Shown: positions 39,722 through 53,642, counted from the first letter of the stretch. The stretch: 64,000 nucleotides of DNA from Marsupella aquatica (GCA_973895155.1 OZ316893.1:21188955-21252954); one strand, 5' to 3'. A program made the numbers and translations. The notes: generated from the letters alone by a model not told the origin.

Positions 39722-41455
39722 ATGCCGCCATACTCGTCTGAGTCGTGGGGCAAGGAAGTTCATGACTTGTACCTACGAAAAGTGTCGCCTATTTGGATTG
39801 ACGGAGCCATCATAGTTGGTGCTGGCCCGTCGGGCATGGCTGCTGCAGCATGTCTCCAGGCCCAGGGAGTTCCGAGTATACTGTTGGAGAAGGCCGAATG
39901 TATAGGTTCTCTGTGGAAGCACAGGACTTACGACAGGCTCCACTTACACCTTCCAAAGCAATTCTGTGAACTTCCTCACAAGCCCTTCCCCGACTCATAC
40001 CCAACATATCCCAATAGACAGCAGTTCATGGACTACTTGGAAGAGTATGCGAAGCACTTCAGTATCGAGCCTCATTTCAACGAAAGCGTTCAACATGCCA
40101 TCTATGATGAAAGATATGCCATTTGGCGCATAAGAACTGTCAGTACAGGGAAGTCCGCACTCTTCAGCACCGAGGAGTACGCCTCTAGGTGGTTGATTGT
40201 CGCCTCAGGAGAGAATGCCGAGATTGTAATGCCTAAGCTTCCAGGTATGAAACAGTATGGAGGAGATCTATTGCACTCTAGCGAATACAAGAATGGAGCT
40301 GAGTACGAAGGGCGAGATGTACTGGTCGTTGGATGCGGAAATTCTGGCATGGAGATTGCCTTGGATCTGGCAAATTACAACGCGAAGGCGTCTCTTGTCG
40401 TTCGAGGACCTGTAAGTACTCGCCTGACTTCTAGGGATGATGTTTCACTCATTCCACCTGTATTCTGACCGCTAGTGTGGCTTTAGCCAGCGTTCTTCCT
40501 GCAATTATGGAAGTTAGTTTTCTTCTGCGCTTTCCCAAAATGAATTATGTTTCTTCTTAGACCCGGCTGACTAACAGTCATTCCCTTTCACTGCAGGTCC
40601 ACGTACTACCCCGGGAGATTTTGGGCCGGTCTACATTCTCTGTTGCACTGAAATTGATGAGAACATTCCCAATCTGGTTTACGGACTGGCTTTTGGTATT
40701 CTACACCTGGTTGATTCTTGGAAATACCGCGGAGTATGGATTCATGAGGCCGAAGGAAGGGCCCATGGAACGGAAAGGCAAGTCTGGAAAGACACCCATT
40801 CTTGACGTTGGCACTCTTGGCAAAATTAAGAGTGGTCATATTAAGGTTCGTTACTTCTCAATGCCGACACGTCCATGAAGACAGGCTTGTGCACTCCTAA
40901 TAAACATGTGCTTGGTGCCGTGTGAGCTATTCAATCAGGAGTAGTACTTCGCCCTGTGGGGAGGGAAGTGATATGACGATTAGTCTTAACTTACTCGCTT
41001 TCCTAATGCAGGTAGTTGCTGGAGTTGAATGTTTGACCTCTACCGGTGTTCGCTTTGAAGATGGCCACTGTAAGGATTTCGATGCAGTAGTGCTGGCTAC
41101 AGGGTACAGGAGCAATGTACCGAGATGGCTCAAGGTAATTTTCAGATTTCTTTTGAGAGGTCGTACCGAGTCATTTGGTTGTTTGCCACCCACTGACCTT
41201 GCTGGGTACTCAATGTTGACTCATATGAAATGCCCTCTAATACAGGATGAAGAGAATTTCTTTGCCCAAGACGGTTTTCCGAAGCCATCTTCGCAACAAT
41301 CGTGGAAAGGTGAAAGAGGTCTGTATGCGGTTGGATTGGGACGTAAAGGACTTCTAGGCGCTTCGTTCGACGCCAAAAGTATTGCGCAGGATATTAGTGA
41401 GGTATACCACGCCTCGAAAGCCGCTGTAGTGGAGAAGATTCGATATGTTGTATAG
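39722..41455 (+). CDS. YUC: YUCCA indole-3-pyruvate monooxygenase (FMO), 4 exons, 423 aa
   Basis: Exons at 39722-40411, 40597-40845, 41012-41134 and 41246-41455 (GT-AG, all phase 0). Motifs: GAGPSG (FAD), TYDRLHLHLPKQFCELP, WLIVASGENAE, YGGDLLHSSEYK (FMO motif), GCGNSG (NADPH), GKTPILDVG and VLATGY. Confidence 0.97.
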
Positions 41456-42217
41456 CTATCACCTCATACAAACTAGCGGAGCCTCCTGGTCACCTAAGTG
41501 AATCTCCCAAATTTTCATAGGAATGAGAGTACAAAGAAATCTGAAGTACAACGCTTCAGCAATTTTGATCTAAACTACAGTAGATACCGTTAGAAGTAGG
41601 AAAAAGCACATGCCTTGTACATTAACATTTTTTGGCATGAGTGCTGCCAATCACATCGAATCCATCACGAGAGAGATGCACCGACGATCTTGTTCGTTTT
41701 TTCATGGCCATGCCTGTTTAAAATATCCACGCTGGTCTAGTAAGGTGCTTTCTCATCAACGATGAGATGATTCGACAGATTGTACACAAGTTGATTTTAT
41801 CAACGATGAAGTGATTTGATAGATTGTTCTGGAGCATTTGTGCATTGTGTTTTCCGTGGTTGAGAGTAATGACTCCAAAATTTGCTTCGGTAGGCGCACA
41901 GCCGCATTTTCTCATCGTTGGGTTGAGAGCGGTCGTGAGAATGAGTTGGACTACGTGTGTCCGATCGTGATGTCTTGTTGGTCAGCGTGTACGTGTGTGT
42001 GCATTAGTATTGGCGGTTGCCTTTCCCGATCAATAGAGTTTCTGAACAGTTCTGGCAGGTACGATCGTACTCGGAGGGGCCTGCAGAGGCTTACTTCTCA
42101 ATTTGTTCACGAGCGTAATGACACGAGCCCTAATTGTACACCGACTTTAGTTATTGGACATTTTAATTAGTTGGAAAATATCTAGGACTACTTAGTTTCC
42201 TCAGTATAATAGATCTC

Positions 42218-42358
42218 TGCTCGTTTTCGAAAGTAGTCTTTTCCATTAGAAGGCTCAATGTCTGGAAAGCCAGGAATGTGATGGAAGTGCTCGTTTCCGA
42301 AAGTAGTCTTTTCCGTTAGAAGGCTCAATGTCTGGGAACTGACGAATGTGACGGAAGT
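42218..42358. repeat. Two-copy tandem duplication, period 70 bp
   Basis: TGCTCGTTT.CGAAAGTAGTCTTTTCC.TTAGAAGGCTCAATGTCTGG at 42218 and 42288. Confidence 0.9.
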
Positions 42359-44613
42359 GAGCGAAACTTGATATGAAAAGATGGTCTGCTGCTAGAAGTT
42401 GACGAATGAATCCCAGGGTAACTACGAGGCCTAGACAGTTCTGGGCTCCTTATCTCCCTCTACTCTTCCTGTAGGAAGCTATCGGGCCCCTATAGGCAAC
42501 TACCAAACCCCGTCTGTTACTAGTCCATTAGTGAGTATCCTAACGGCTGTTACTTGAGTACAGGACGGGTGATATTAAGAGTAAGGTACCTCTACATCCG
42601 TTGTTTTCCCGGTGCTAGTTCGACTTCCGGTAGAGGAGATTTTCTGGTCGCTCTCATCTGAGCTTTTAATTCAATTTCTAACCTGTACCCACGGTGGATT
42701 GTGTACAATAGTCTGTAGTATCGATTGTTGGGAATGTTTACCTAGTGTGGTTGATTTGGAAGTTAGAAAATCATGTACGATAGTGCAAATTCGGCAGAAA
42801 CGCATCTGTTCTAGCAGTTTCCTCCGTTGCCGGAGACTGCGAGGCAAGATGCTTTATAGAAACGAACCTTGAATCTATGAAGTAATGGCGGAAATGGATG
42901 GGACTTATGCCGTCTAGTGAAATGATGTGAATGTGGTCTGTATATTTTTACGCTGAATTGAAACTCATTGACTATATCTCACAGTTTCCGTCTCAATCAT
43001 AATCGGAGTGTCGTTAGAGCTTTTACAGTCATCCAAACATGGAAACTTCTGGTATACCTAATGTTCGTTACGACATCACATTTCATCCTGTAAGTGCTGG
43101 CAGCGATCACGAATGGACAATTCTTTCCGCGAGGTAGCTGTACACCTTGGGATCTTGTGTAACTATGTATCGACCTTGAACATCAAGGTCTGCAAATTCA
43201 GTGGGGACGTTATACAAGTAGATACAGAGAACGTCAAATAGGTAAATACAGAGAGAAGCGAGAAGAAGATTTTGCTCCGGACAAGTAGGTCAATAGAACT
43301 CGACGGGAACAATCTGTCAATGTGGCAGGTGCACCTATTGTGATGGTGAAGCGTACGTCACTCCAGCTTCACTACGGCAACATTCTGTCATGACTGTGTC
43401 AGACGATCCCATCTATCCACTACAGTTCCCGGTAAATGACATTGGCGTAAGGTTTATTTGGAACTTTCTCTTGCCGACTACTCCCACACGGACTTCTACA
43501 ATGAGTAGCAAGGTTAGTCCGAACTGTATTACGGACGTTTATCTTCGAAAATTTACCCGACACATTTACATCTTCTGTTTCATTTTATTTTGACAACGAC
43601 GACCATGAAAATAAAGGTAAGGAGATGACAGCTGGCGGACGTCGAGCTTCTAGCCTTACAGCATTAGCGTGAACCTCGTATTCCTACCTTCTTACATTCG
43701 GACGTAAGAAGGATGCATAATTTTACAGTCTGGAAATTATTATTACTGCAACATTAGTGTGCACGGATTGTGCCGTAAGGTTTTGTCACTCGCTCGTGAT
43801 TATTCTTTGGCATCGTTTAATTCACTTATGGAGCATTGAATGGCAGTTAGCAAGGTAATGTAGATCGAGGCAACAAGAAAGAGACCGCCGAAGAGTAAGC
43901 AAATCAAAATTGTTGGAACGGGAAGACTAGAGGAACGGACGAAGCAAGCATACACATTCATTTCGCTAGTGTGTATGCAGATTGCTAATCTGTCGAAATC
44001 TACCTGACTTTGGGCTTGATGCGAGATTGCGAACTTGCAAAAACGATGGAAGGCTAGATAAGAACCGAAGAAGGGAATGGTTGGTTAAAAATTTGCAAGT
44101 CTACCTTGTGTGGGCTGATGCGGGATTGCCGAGCGACCAGCGCATGTCAGATTTTGCATGCCATAGCCGAGAAGCATGATACAAGGCCGCACACGTCCCG
44201 CATGTGCAGTAAGCCTTTCTAATTTCTCGTCCTTCAGCTTAACTCTTCCAGAAAAATGCATGCCGTGCCTTACTTTAACAATCATTAAAATAAGAGTCCT
44301 GCACAAGCTTTTTTGCGTGATGTTAGATGTCATGAGTAGGCTGCGGATCCCGCGATAAAGGCAAGTGGCATCCTAAATGATTGGTAGGTCCCAGCCCTTT
44401 ATTCTCCAGCTCAGGGGCTACTGACATACTAAATACTACCAACTTCGTTTTACGGCGAGTTTGGCAAGGGCACTCGAGTTCAACCCTTGTGGCAAGGAAA
44501 TGTAGAAAGTCAGCTCACTACCCCAGTACCCCGTTATAGCATTGGCCATGTTTACTTCCGTTCCCGAACAATCCTCATGAACTACGATAACTCACTACTG
44601 CACTACAATGGGA

Positions 44614-44752
44614 AAGGTTGTCAACAAATTGCAAAACCACTTCCAATCAACGACGATATCGAATGGGATACATGACCAACTTACACAACCGGAGAAGGTT
44701 GTCAACAACTTGCAAAACCACTACCCAATACACAACGATATGGAATGGGATA
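44614..44752. repeat. Two-copy tandem duplication, period 81 bp
   Basis: AAGGTTGTCAACAA.TTGCAAAACCACT...CGATAT.GAATGGGATAC at 44614 and 44695. Confidence 0.88.
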
Positions 44753-45397
44753 CACGGCAAACTTTAAAAACTGGATAGCGAACGATCAGCGGCGGGAAAA
44801 CGAGCTCTCAGTTACAAAACTCACTAGTACAACTGTGTCTGCGTCACGGAAGCAACTCTTTCCTTTGCAAATCTTGAATTGTACATATTCCGGTCATGAC
44901 AGTGTCTACACTGTGATTCGAGGATCGATTCATTCTTCGTTCATTCTCCATCCAGCAAGAGTGTGTACTGGTTGCTCCACCTCATTCAGGTCTCCTCGTC
45001 TTTTGTCTTGTTTTGTACGCACAGAGCTCCCGAATCACCATCGCCGGACTGCGGGGCACGGAAGCCAAACAAGTACGCGACGGTACTGTACTGTAGGCCC
45101 GCATAGCGCACTTCTTGATTGCCGTGGCTCATTTCAAGCCGCTTCTGCTTCATGCACTAAATGGCCGCCACCGCGCCACTTTAGTAGTGAAACCCAAGAT
45201 GTCCCTTCGCCTCCCGTCTCTCGCCTTCTATAACTGTGTCGTCCACTTTCTCCGCTGCCATCCACTTTTGAAAATTTAAAAATGCCTGGCGCGGGGTAGG
45301 TCTCTCCTCCGACCATTGGATTGACACGATGCAGCTCTGGGACATATCAATGGCTCCGGGTTACCGTAGTGTCATCCCGGTTCGAGTAGGAACTACG

Positions 45398-45538
45398 CGA
45401 AACATGAATTATATATCAGGTTAGAAAATCTAGCAAGAGTGGGTAATTATTCTCTGATTTTGTTCTTCCTACTCGAAACATGAATTATTTGTCAGTTTAG
45501 AAAATCTAGCAAGAGTGGATAATTCATTCTCTGATTTT
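45398..45538. repeat. Two-copy tandem duplication, period 76 bp
   Basis: CGAAACATGAATTAT...TTAGAAAATCTAGCAAGAGTGG...TTCTCTGATTTT at 45398 and 45474. Confidence 0.88.
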
Positions 45539-47990
45539 ATTTTATAACTTTAAAATAATATATACAGTGGGAAGTCAGTGTATACACCAGGATGCCTCGA
45601 ATATTACTAAAACTACATGACCAATTCTTTCCAAGTTCCACGACAACACCCAAATACTTCGCCATTTATTCTCAAAAATTTCAATAAATATTTGCTGTTT
45701 TCGTGAGCCTGGATTTTTCTAGAGTACTCTTATCAAAAGTTTGGTTACAAAAGTTTGATAATTTTTGCTCAGATGGATCACAATGTGTAACCATGCAACT
45801 TGGATGGTTTCCATCGTATAGGCTTTTGATAAGAGTGACCAACTGCAGTTCAGCCAACTAAATGATACAGACGCCTGGAAGAAAGTGAATGACTGGGTTC
45901 CCTCATTGTGATTCATCAGGCAAAGGCTTTGATCAGGGCAATGTTTGTTTGGGGCTAGATTACCTAGGAAATTCAGGAAAGTGAACTCAATGTGTTCAAG
46001 AGGTCTCATTCCCAAGTTTGCAAGTGAAATGGGAAACCTTCATGAATTACGATCTGAAAAGAGACATTCCTGGAACATGATCTGAAAAGAGACATTCACC
46101 AATCTATGTCCATAAACAACCTAAGAAGGGAACATAGCCCTTGATTTGATGTTACGTAGGTTGCATAGTCTACATTCGTGGTGGATTTTCCCTCCCTCAT
46201 TCCTCAACAGGACAGTAAAAAAACCATTGCAAGTGATAGAGAATTGGAAGTTTTAGTGACTTGTCATCAATTAACAACTTACAAACGTAATTTTGCATAT
46301 TGCATTGAAGATTGGACGGCGAGTCGTGGGCCATGAGACATGCGAAAATGGGACACGTATTGCGTAAGTGTGTACATTTTTTGTTTCCTGGAAACACAAT
46401 GTGGTCCAGTAAGTTCGACACCTCGGCCGTGGAATGAACCCTGGCGTGCCAACCAAGAGTGGAAACTGTTGAACGATGACAACGAGACCAACCACAGTAG
46501 GCGGAAATATTTTGTTGCAAGCCAATTATTTCTATCACTTTGGCAGTTGCGGCTCCCAACGTGGTTGATGAGTTCTGGTACGTACCGACACTGCAGTGTC
46601 GTTTGCAGGTCAGCACCGCCATAGTCGTCCCCACCCGCCACAGTATTTATTTGGTGGAATGGATTTAGGAAGGAGTGCGGAGCCAGTTGGCAGTCGTCGT
46701 GGAGACCGTTGGATGGATTGTCGGCGGAGGATATCCTTAAGTTTAACAGTTAGTAGACGATTCAGTGCTTTCATCTTGAGCCTCCGGTCATGTGAACAAA
46801 CGAAGGTGAACATTTTCCCTTGCGTTTTCTCAAAAACAACGAGAGAAAAGGTGAACATTTGTTGATAATACCTGCCCCGTTCCCCAAATACAACCAGATG
46901 GATTTTGGGTGTACGGCGGAGAATTCTTCCTCGTGGTAGAGAAACACACGAGGCATACACCTTTTTCATAACCTTATCAGGCCATGATCTCAAAGACTGA
47001 TTTTGTAAAAAAGAAAATTTTATTGGTGGAAAAAGAAAAGGGCGATGGATAGAAAGTGAGGCAATTATCAAAAGAGAAGCTACTTTTGTAAATACATTAG
47101 AACTTTTATCCCCTAAATCTTGACCCACTTTTCTTCTTTTCGTTTTGACACGACTTTGCAGGTGATAGATACTTTGCAGGACCAGAGTCATTCCAATGTT
47201 TTTCATAAACCTCTCACCAGCTGGCGATGGCTTTCTTGGAAAAGTTAGAAAGTAATATATTAAGCTTTCCACATGTTCCTTCCTCACCAATAGACTCATC
47301 CAAAAAGTTAATCCAAACAGAAAGCGAAACCAAGCCTGAGGAGAATGGCTGCACAACTGACCGCTCCCTCAAAGGGGGGAAAACTCTTATACAAAAAACC
47401 AAAAGAAATACCACGCCTACCTAGCCGGAGAACAAAATTAGACACAAACGACAGTGTTGTTCTGTGCCATCAGACCTTCTGGTGAGACCTAATGGCACAC
47501 ATCCCTAACTCTCGGTGCCTAAAGAAACCCAAACCCGTAACTCCCAAGGAAGAAACTAACACTGCAAAAAGTTACAGGAAGCCAGAGACTAAGACAATGG
47601 CAAGACTTTCTGCAGACTTGAGAATGTGCTCACAAAGTAACCTACCTATCCACATAAAACAATTAAGTGGCAGAACTGTGTCAAGTTATGAGGCTAAACT
47701 CAACTGACTATGCATTTGTGGAAAGTTGCTGCACCTCACTCTTCTGTGAATTGAGTTGTCTCCCTTTCCAGATAGCTACAAAAAAAGTTGGAAGTAGGCA
47801 ACAGTGCAATTGGCCTGCTCCTTGCACTGATCTAAGATCACTTAGTGAGCTACATTGCCCATAGTCTGAGTATACAATTACTGTGACACCAAAATTAGAG
47901 TGACTCACACTAATTTGTGTGAACATTTGTTCTAACCCAAATCACACTAATTAATGTTCAGTCACACTATTTAATTTGTATTGAGAGTCG

Positions 47991-50900
47991 TGTTGGGTAT
48001 TTACTCTTACGTCTAGGTTAGGTATGACGTGGTTGGTACAACAACGTGGGTTGGTACAACTACGTGATTAGGTACAACTAAGTTGCACACTATATCATAA
48101 GAGGCATGTGTGCTTGGAGAGGTAGAACCAAGGCTCATTGTTATGGAGCCACTTGAGAGATAGGGAGAGCTTACACTGTGGAGACTCGGTATAGCCGACG
48201 GGCTTAGAGTTCAGTAAAGCTCTCTTGTGTGTTCCCGTAAACGTAGCCTCAAGGAGGTGAACCACGTATCTCTTGTGTCGACTATTGTGCGTTGGATGGT
48301 TCATGGGCTTGCCGTTGCGATCGTCGTCTATGCTCAACAATTGGTATCAGAGCATGCTTGGGAGGTGACGTGTGTTCATGACGGGATTTCATTACGGTTT
48401 TTCCAGCGTTGAGTGTCGGTGGATTTCCTGGAGTTCCGTCGCATGGAACTTGGAGTTTATGGGCTCAACGGATAGATCGGGGCAAGAGCTTTCTAACGGT
48501 GTGAAGAAATCGCTGAACGGAGCTCGTGGTGCAGAGAGATCTAAGTTTTCGTCGTTCTGGATTTTGTGAAGAAAGTTGGCAATCGACTCGGAGGGAGAAG
48601 CGTCAAGTGTTTTGACTCAACGGAGAGATTGAGGCAAGACGATTGTTTTGAGTCCGGGATTGGCTCTTTGATGCAAAGAGGAAGAGCATGTGACACCGAT
48701 ACCATCACCGGTGCGGCGTGTGGTGGAGGAAGCAGTACTACTACCGGAGCTCACGGTAGTGCCAAAGAAGAAGATGGGGACTTTCAAGCTTGGGGGACCC
48801 AAGTATGAAGTGACAAAGTATGATGGGCGCTCTGACTACTTGCTATGGGAGAAGCAGGTGAAGGGAGTGCTCTATGCGTCAGGGATGGGCCAACTGCTGA
48901 GCCCTCGTAAGACGATGTTGATGAGAAACAATGGGACCGCATGCAGGAGCAGGGAGTGTGGTGTGTTACACTCTATCTCATGCCTCCCATCATCAAGCAG
49001 TTGGGTGCACATAAGGATTGCATGTCCTTGTTTGCGGAATTGCAGAGCAAGTATCACAGCAAGGAGTTGTCGAACCGGCTCTACACTTCCTACAAACTCA
49101 TGAGTTTCAGGATGAAGGAATCCGGTACAAAGTTGCAAGACCATGTGGATGCTTTCAACGACATGGTCGTTGACTTGGAAAACCTTGGGGAGACTTTGAA
49201 TGATGAGACGAAGGCTCTGCAGCTTCTTAGTTCATTGCCTCCATCTTACCAGTCCCTATCACGAGTGTTGTTGCATCGTGATAGGGATACCATTTCATAC
49301 AATGACGTGGTAAGTTCTCTGCTTAGTGATGATCTTCAGCAGAAGATGCACATCACATCACAGCCTTTATCATCTGGTGCTGCCCTCAATGTTAACCGTG
49401 GGAGGGGTATGCAGCGACCAACTGGGGACCGTAGAACCCAGTTTAGATCTAAATCCAGATCTAAGTCCAAGGGTAAATCCCCTCAGAGGAGGCAGGTGAC
49501 ATGTTGGAAGTGCAACCAAGTTGGACACTTCAAGCGAGACTGTAAGGGAAAGGCAGCGGAAACTTCATCGGCAAATGTGGCTAGGGCTGATGGAGAAGCT
49601 GATTTACTCAATGATGAGTATGTTTTATGAAGCCGGGTGTATGCCCTGTGCACGTCATCTAGGAGAGTAGATGATGTGTGGATTCTTGATTGTGCTTGCT
49701 CTTTTCATATTTGATACATTCGTGAGTTTTTCAGTTCTTACTCTATTTCAAACGGTTCAGTTCTGATGGGAAATGATCACTCCTGTCAAATTGAGGGAAT
49801 TGGGTCTGTGAAGATTCAAATGTTTGATGGCGCTGTGCGCACAGTGTCCGGAGTCAGGTATGTACCTGGCATGCGTAAGAATCTGATTTCACTCGGTGTG
49901 TTGGATTCAAATGGTCATCAATGGAGCGTTATTGATGGTGAACTTCAAGTCAGGTCGGGAGAAACAGTGATTTTGAAGGGGAGTAGACAAAAGAATTTAT
50001 ATGTGTTACAGGGCAATACTGTATGTGGAGAGGCCAATGTAACCAAGTCTCACGAGGAGATGACTCAACTGTGGCATTCACGGCTAGGCCACATGAGTGA
50101 GAAGGGTTTGGCTATCTTACGAAAGAATGAACTCATTTCTGATTTGTAATCTTGTAAATTAGAGTTTTGTGAGCATTGCATTCTTGGAAAGTAGCATCGT
50201 CGTGCTTTTGGTGTTGGAACTCATCGTTCCAAAGCGGTTCTTGAGTACATACATAGTGACGTGTGGGGTCCATCCTCGACTCCCTCACACTCTGGAAAGT
50301 TGTACTATGTATCATTTATTGATGATTACTCAAGATTTGTGTGGATTTATTTCATGACGCATAAGTCTGATGTCTTGTCCATTTTTAAGAAGTGGAAGGC
50401 CCAGGTGGAGAATCAGACTGGAAACACGATCAAGTGTTTGGATACAAGGGTGAAGAGTCTGAGGTCAGACAACGGCGGGGAGTACACTTCAATGGAATTT
50501 GAAGAGTAAACTTCAATGGAATTTGAAGAGTACTGTTCAGAACAGGGGATAACTCGCCATCTCACCACAGTTTATACTCCGCAGCAGAATGGTGTCGCTG
50601 AGAGGCTCAATCGGACACTGTTGGAGCGGTCACGGAGTATGTTGAGCCAATCAGGTTTACCACAAGAATTTTGGGCAGAAGCTGTCAATACCGCAGCTTA
50701 TTTGGTAAATCTTTCTCCTTCTAGTGCTATCAATTTCAAAACGCCGTTTGAGATGCGCTATAAGCGGCAAGCAGACTATCATGGCTTGGTAGTTTTTGGA
50801 AGTGATGCATATGCTCTCACACCGAAGCAGAATAGGACCAAGTTGGATCCTACCTCCAAGAAATGTGTTTTTCTTGGGTACCAGAGTGGTGTGAAAGCCT

Positions 50901-53520
50901 ATAGGCTATGGGATCCTATTGCCTGTAAGCTCGTTGTCAGTAGGGATGTTTCCTTCAATGAATCCAGATTATTGAAGGAGGGGGAGAATACTCAGGTCTC
51001 CCGTACTGACAAAGGAAAATCTCCTATCCCGGATCTCGTTGAGGGGGAGATTGGTTATGAGGTGCATGACCGGAGAGAAGGAGTTGCTCCAATTATGGAG
51101 CTGGTTCCTGTGCCAGAGGAACCAGAGGAGTTTGTTGATGCTGGTGAGCAGCAAGTGGATGTTGTTGAGCTTCAAATTGTACCAGCACACGCAGATCAAC
51201 CGAAGTCATCGGCTAGAAGAACATCTGGTCGCACTGTACGTGCTCCACCAAGGTATGGACAGTGGGTTGATTCATCTCAACTGCAAGAAAATAATTTTGC
51301 AGCTGATGATGAGGGTGATGCGTTAATTTTGGAAGAAGGGGAACCTTCTTCATTTCATGAGGCAAGTACTTCAAAGGAGAAGCAGAAGTGGACTGCAGCA
51401 ATGCAAACGGAGATGCAGTCACTAAAGGACAACAAAACTTGGGAGCTTGTTAAGCTGCCTAAGGGTCAGCAAGTGGTGGACAGCAAGTGGATTTACAAGC
51501 TGAAGGATAATTCCATAGGAGGTGGATCGAAGGTCTACAAGGCTAGGTTGGTAGCAAAGGGATTCACACAAGAGAAAGGTGTGGATTACAATGAGGTCTT
51601 CTCACCAGTTGCTAAGTACTCTACAATACGACTATTATGTGTACTTGTTGTAATGTTTGGTCTGCTGCTAGATCAGATGGATGTTGTCACAACTTTCCTC
51701 TATGGCACATTGGAAGAGGTGATCTTCATGAGACAACCGCTAGGTTTTGTGAAGAGAGGACAGGAGGAATTGGTTTGCAGATTGCTGAAATCCTTGTATG
51801 GGTTGAAGCAGTCACCAAGACAGTGGAACAAGCGGTTTGACGATTGGATTCGGTCACAAGGTTTTCACAGAAGTGTATTTGACCCTTGTGTGTATTTGAA
51901 ATCGGTAAAGAATATTGTATTTGGGTTCATTGTTTTAGTACTTTATGTGGATGATATGCTAATTGCAGCCAAGGATAGGTCTGAGATTGTTAAGCTCAAG
52001 GCACTGCTTAGTGCAGAGTTTAAGATGAAGGACTTAGGGCCAGCTAAGAGGATTTTGGGTATGGAGATCACTAGGGACTTGAAGGCTGGCAAGCTATGGT
52101 TGACGCAGAGCAGTTATGCGAGGAAGGTAATTGCAAGGTTCAACATGGAGAATAGCAAGCCAGTAAGTACCCCGTTGGCTCCACACTTCAAGTTATCATC
52201 AGCGTTCTGTCCTACGGATGACACAGAGAAGGGGTTGATGTCAAAGGTTCCGTATGACAAGGCAGTGGGGAGTCTCATGTATTTGATGACTTGCACTAGA
52301 CCTGATCTTGCCATGGCTATGGGCAAGGTAAGCAGGTACATGTCAAATCCAGGGAAGGTACACTGGGAAGCAGTGAAGTGGATTATCAGGTACTTGAAGG
52401 GTACCGTGGATCATGGTCTTTTATTTGATGCGAATGCAAAGAATGCTAAATCATTGATTGGCTATGTTGATTCTGACTATGGACAAGATTTGGACCGAAG
52501 GAGATCAACAACAGGATACGTGTTCACACTTGGCGGTGGATGCATAAGTTGGAGGTCTACTTTGCAGAAGTGTATTGCTCAGTCTACTACAGAAGCGGAG
52601 TATGTTGCAGCTGCGGAAGCAGCAAAGGAAGCGATTTGGTTGGATAGACTTATCACTGAAATGGGATTGCCACAGGGGAATGTGAAGCTCCATTGTGATA
52701 GTCAAAGTGCGCTCCACCTTGCTGTGAACCAGGTGATGGACAGCAGAGTGAAGCACATTGACGTTAGGTACCATTTTATCAGGCAGGCTGTGTTTGATAA
52801 TTTGTTTGAGCTAGTCAAGATTGATGGTAAACTCAACCCGGTTGACGCATTTACCAAAGTGATTCCTTTGGAGAGTTTCTCTAGACACCGTGACATATTG
52901 CAGGTTTTGCAATTGCATCACAAGTAGAGTTTTCTTAACATTCATTGTAATTACTGATATATGCTCTTCCTCATTCCTATGTATTAGGCTACGGCTTAGT
53001 TCTGGTTTGCTCTAGTTAGAGAGGGAAACCGGTTTGGTTTTTGTCCAGAACTTCCCGCTGAGGGATCATATATATTGGCAGTATTACTCTCCCCTAGACC
53101 AGAGTCAAGGGGAAGATTGTTGGGTATTTACTCTTACGTCTAGGTTAGGTATGACGTGGTTGGTACAACAACGTGGGTTGGTACAACTACGTGATTAGGT
53201 ACAACTATGTGGTTAGGTACAACTACGTGGTTAGGTACAACTATGTGGTTAGGTACAACTAAGTTGCACACTATATCATAAGAGGCATGTGTGCTTGGAG
53301 AGGTAGAACCAAGGCTCATTGTTATGGAGCCACTTGAGAGATAGGGAGAGCTTACACTGTGGAGACTCGGTATAGCCGACGGGCTTAGAGTTCAGTAAAG
53401 CTCTCTTGTGTGTTCCCGTGGACGTAGCCTCAAGGAGGTGAACCACGTATCTCTTGTGTCGACTATTGTGCGTTGGATGATTCATGGGCTTGCCGTTGCG
53501 ATCGTCGTCTATGCTCAATA
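47991..53520 (+). mobile_element. Full-length young Ty1/Copia LTR retrotransposon, Tork/Tnt1-like
   Basis: LTRs at 47991-48339 and 53118-53520 with perfect TSD AGTCG (47986-47990, 53521-53525). PBS TGGTATCAGAGC (tRNA-iMet 3' end) at 48342-48353. PPT at 53107-53116. Confidence 0.97.
48690..52927 (+). pseudogene. Gag-pol of the Tork-like element, with a frameshift and in-frame stops
   Basis: KYEVTKYDG, LLSSLPPSY, CWKCNQVGHFKRDC (CCHC), WILDCACSFH (PR), LWHSRLGH, LRSDNGGEY, PQQNGVAER, YKARLVAKG, LYVDDMLI and DSQSALHL. There is a frameshift near 48920 and stops at about 49628, 49712, 50147, 50192 and 50507; the last comes from a 24-bp duplication. Confidence 0.95.
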
Positions 53521-53642
53521 AGTCGGCTTGAGTCTTGGTTTTGTGACTCAATTCTCAGTACGCACTATTCAAGGCAAACATCTCAATTAGTGAGACTAAA
53601 AGTGTGACTTCTTGTGAACTGTAAGTAGTGTGACCTAGAATA

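Noticed and set aside
42645-42666. miR390-like target site (TAS3 candidate)
   Set aside because: Only CTGAGCTT matches well. There are central mismatches, and no second site or tasiARF was seen.
46610-47356. 248-aa minus-strand ORF
   Set aside because: It has a non-ATG start, no recognisable domain and a K/F-rich composition typical of a chance ORF in AT-rich DNA.
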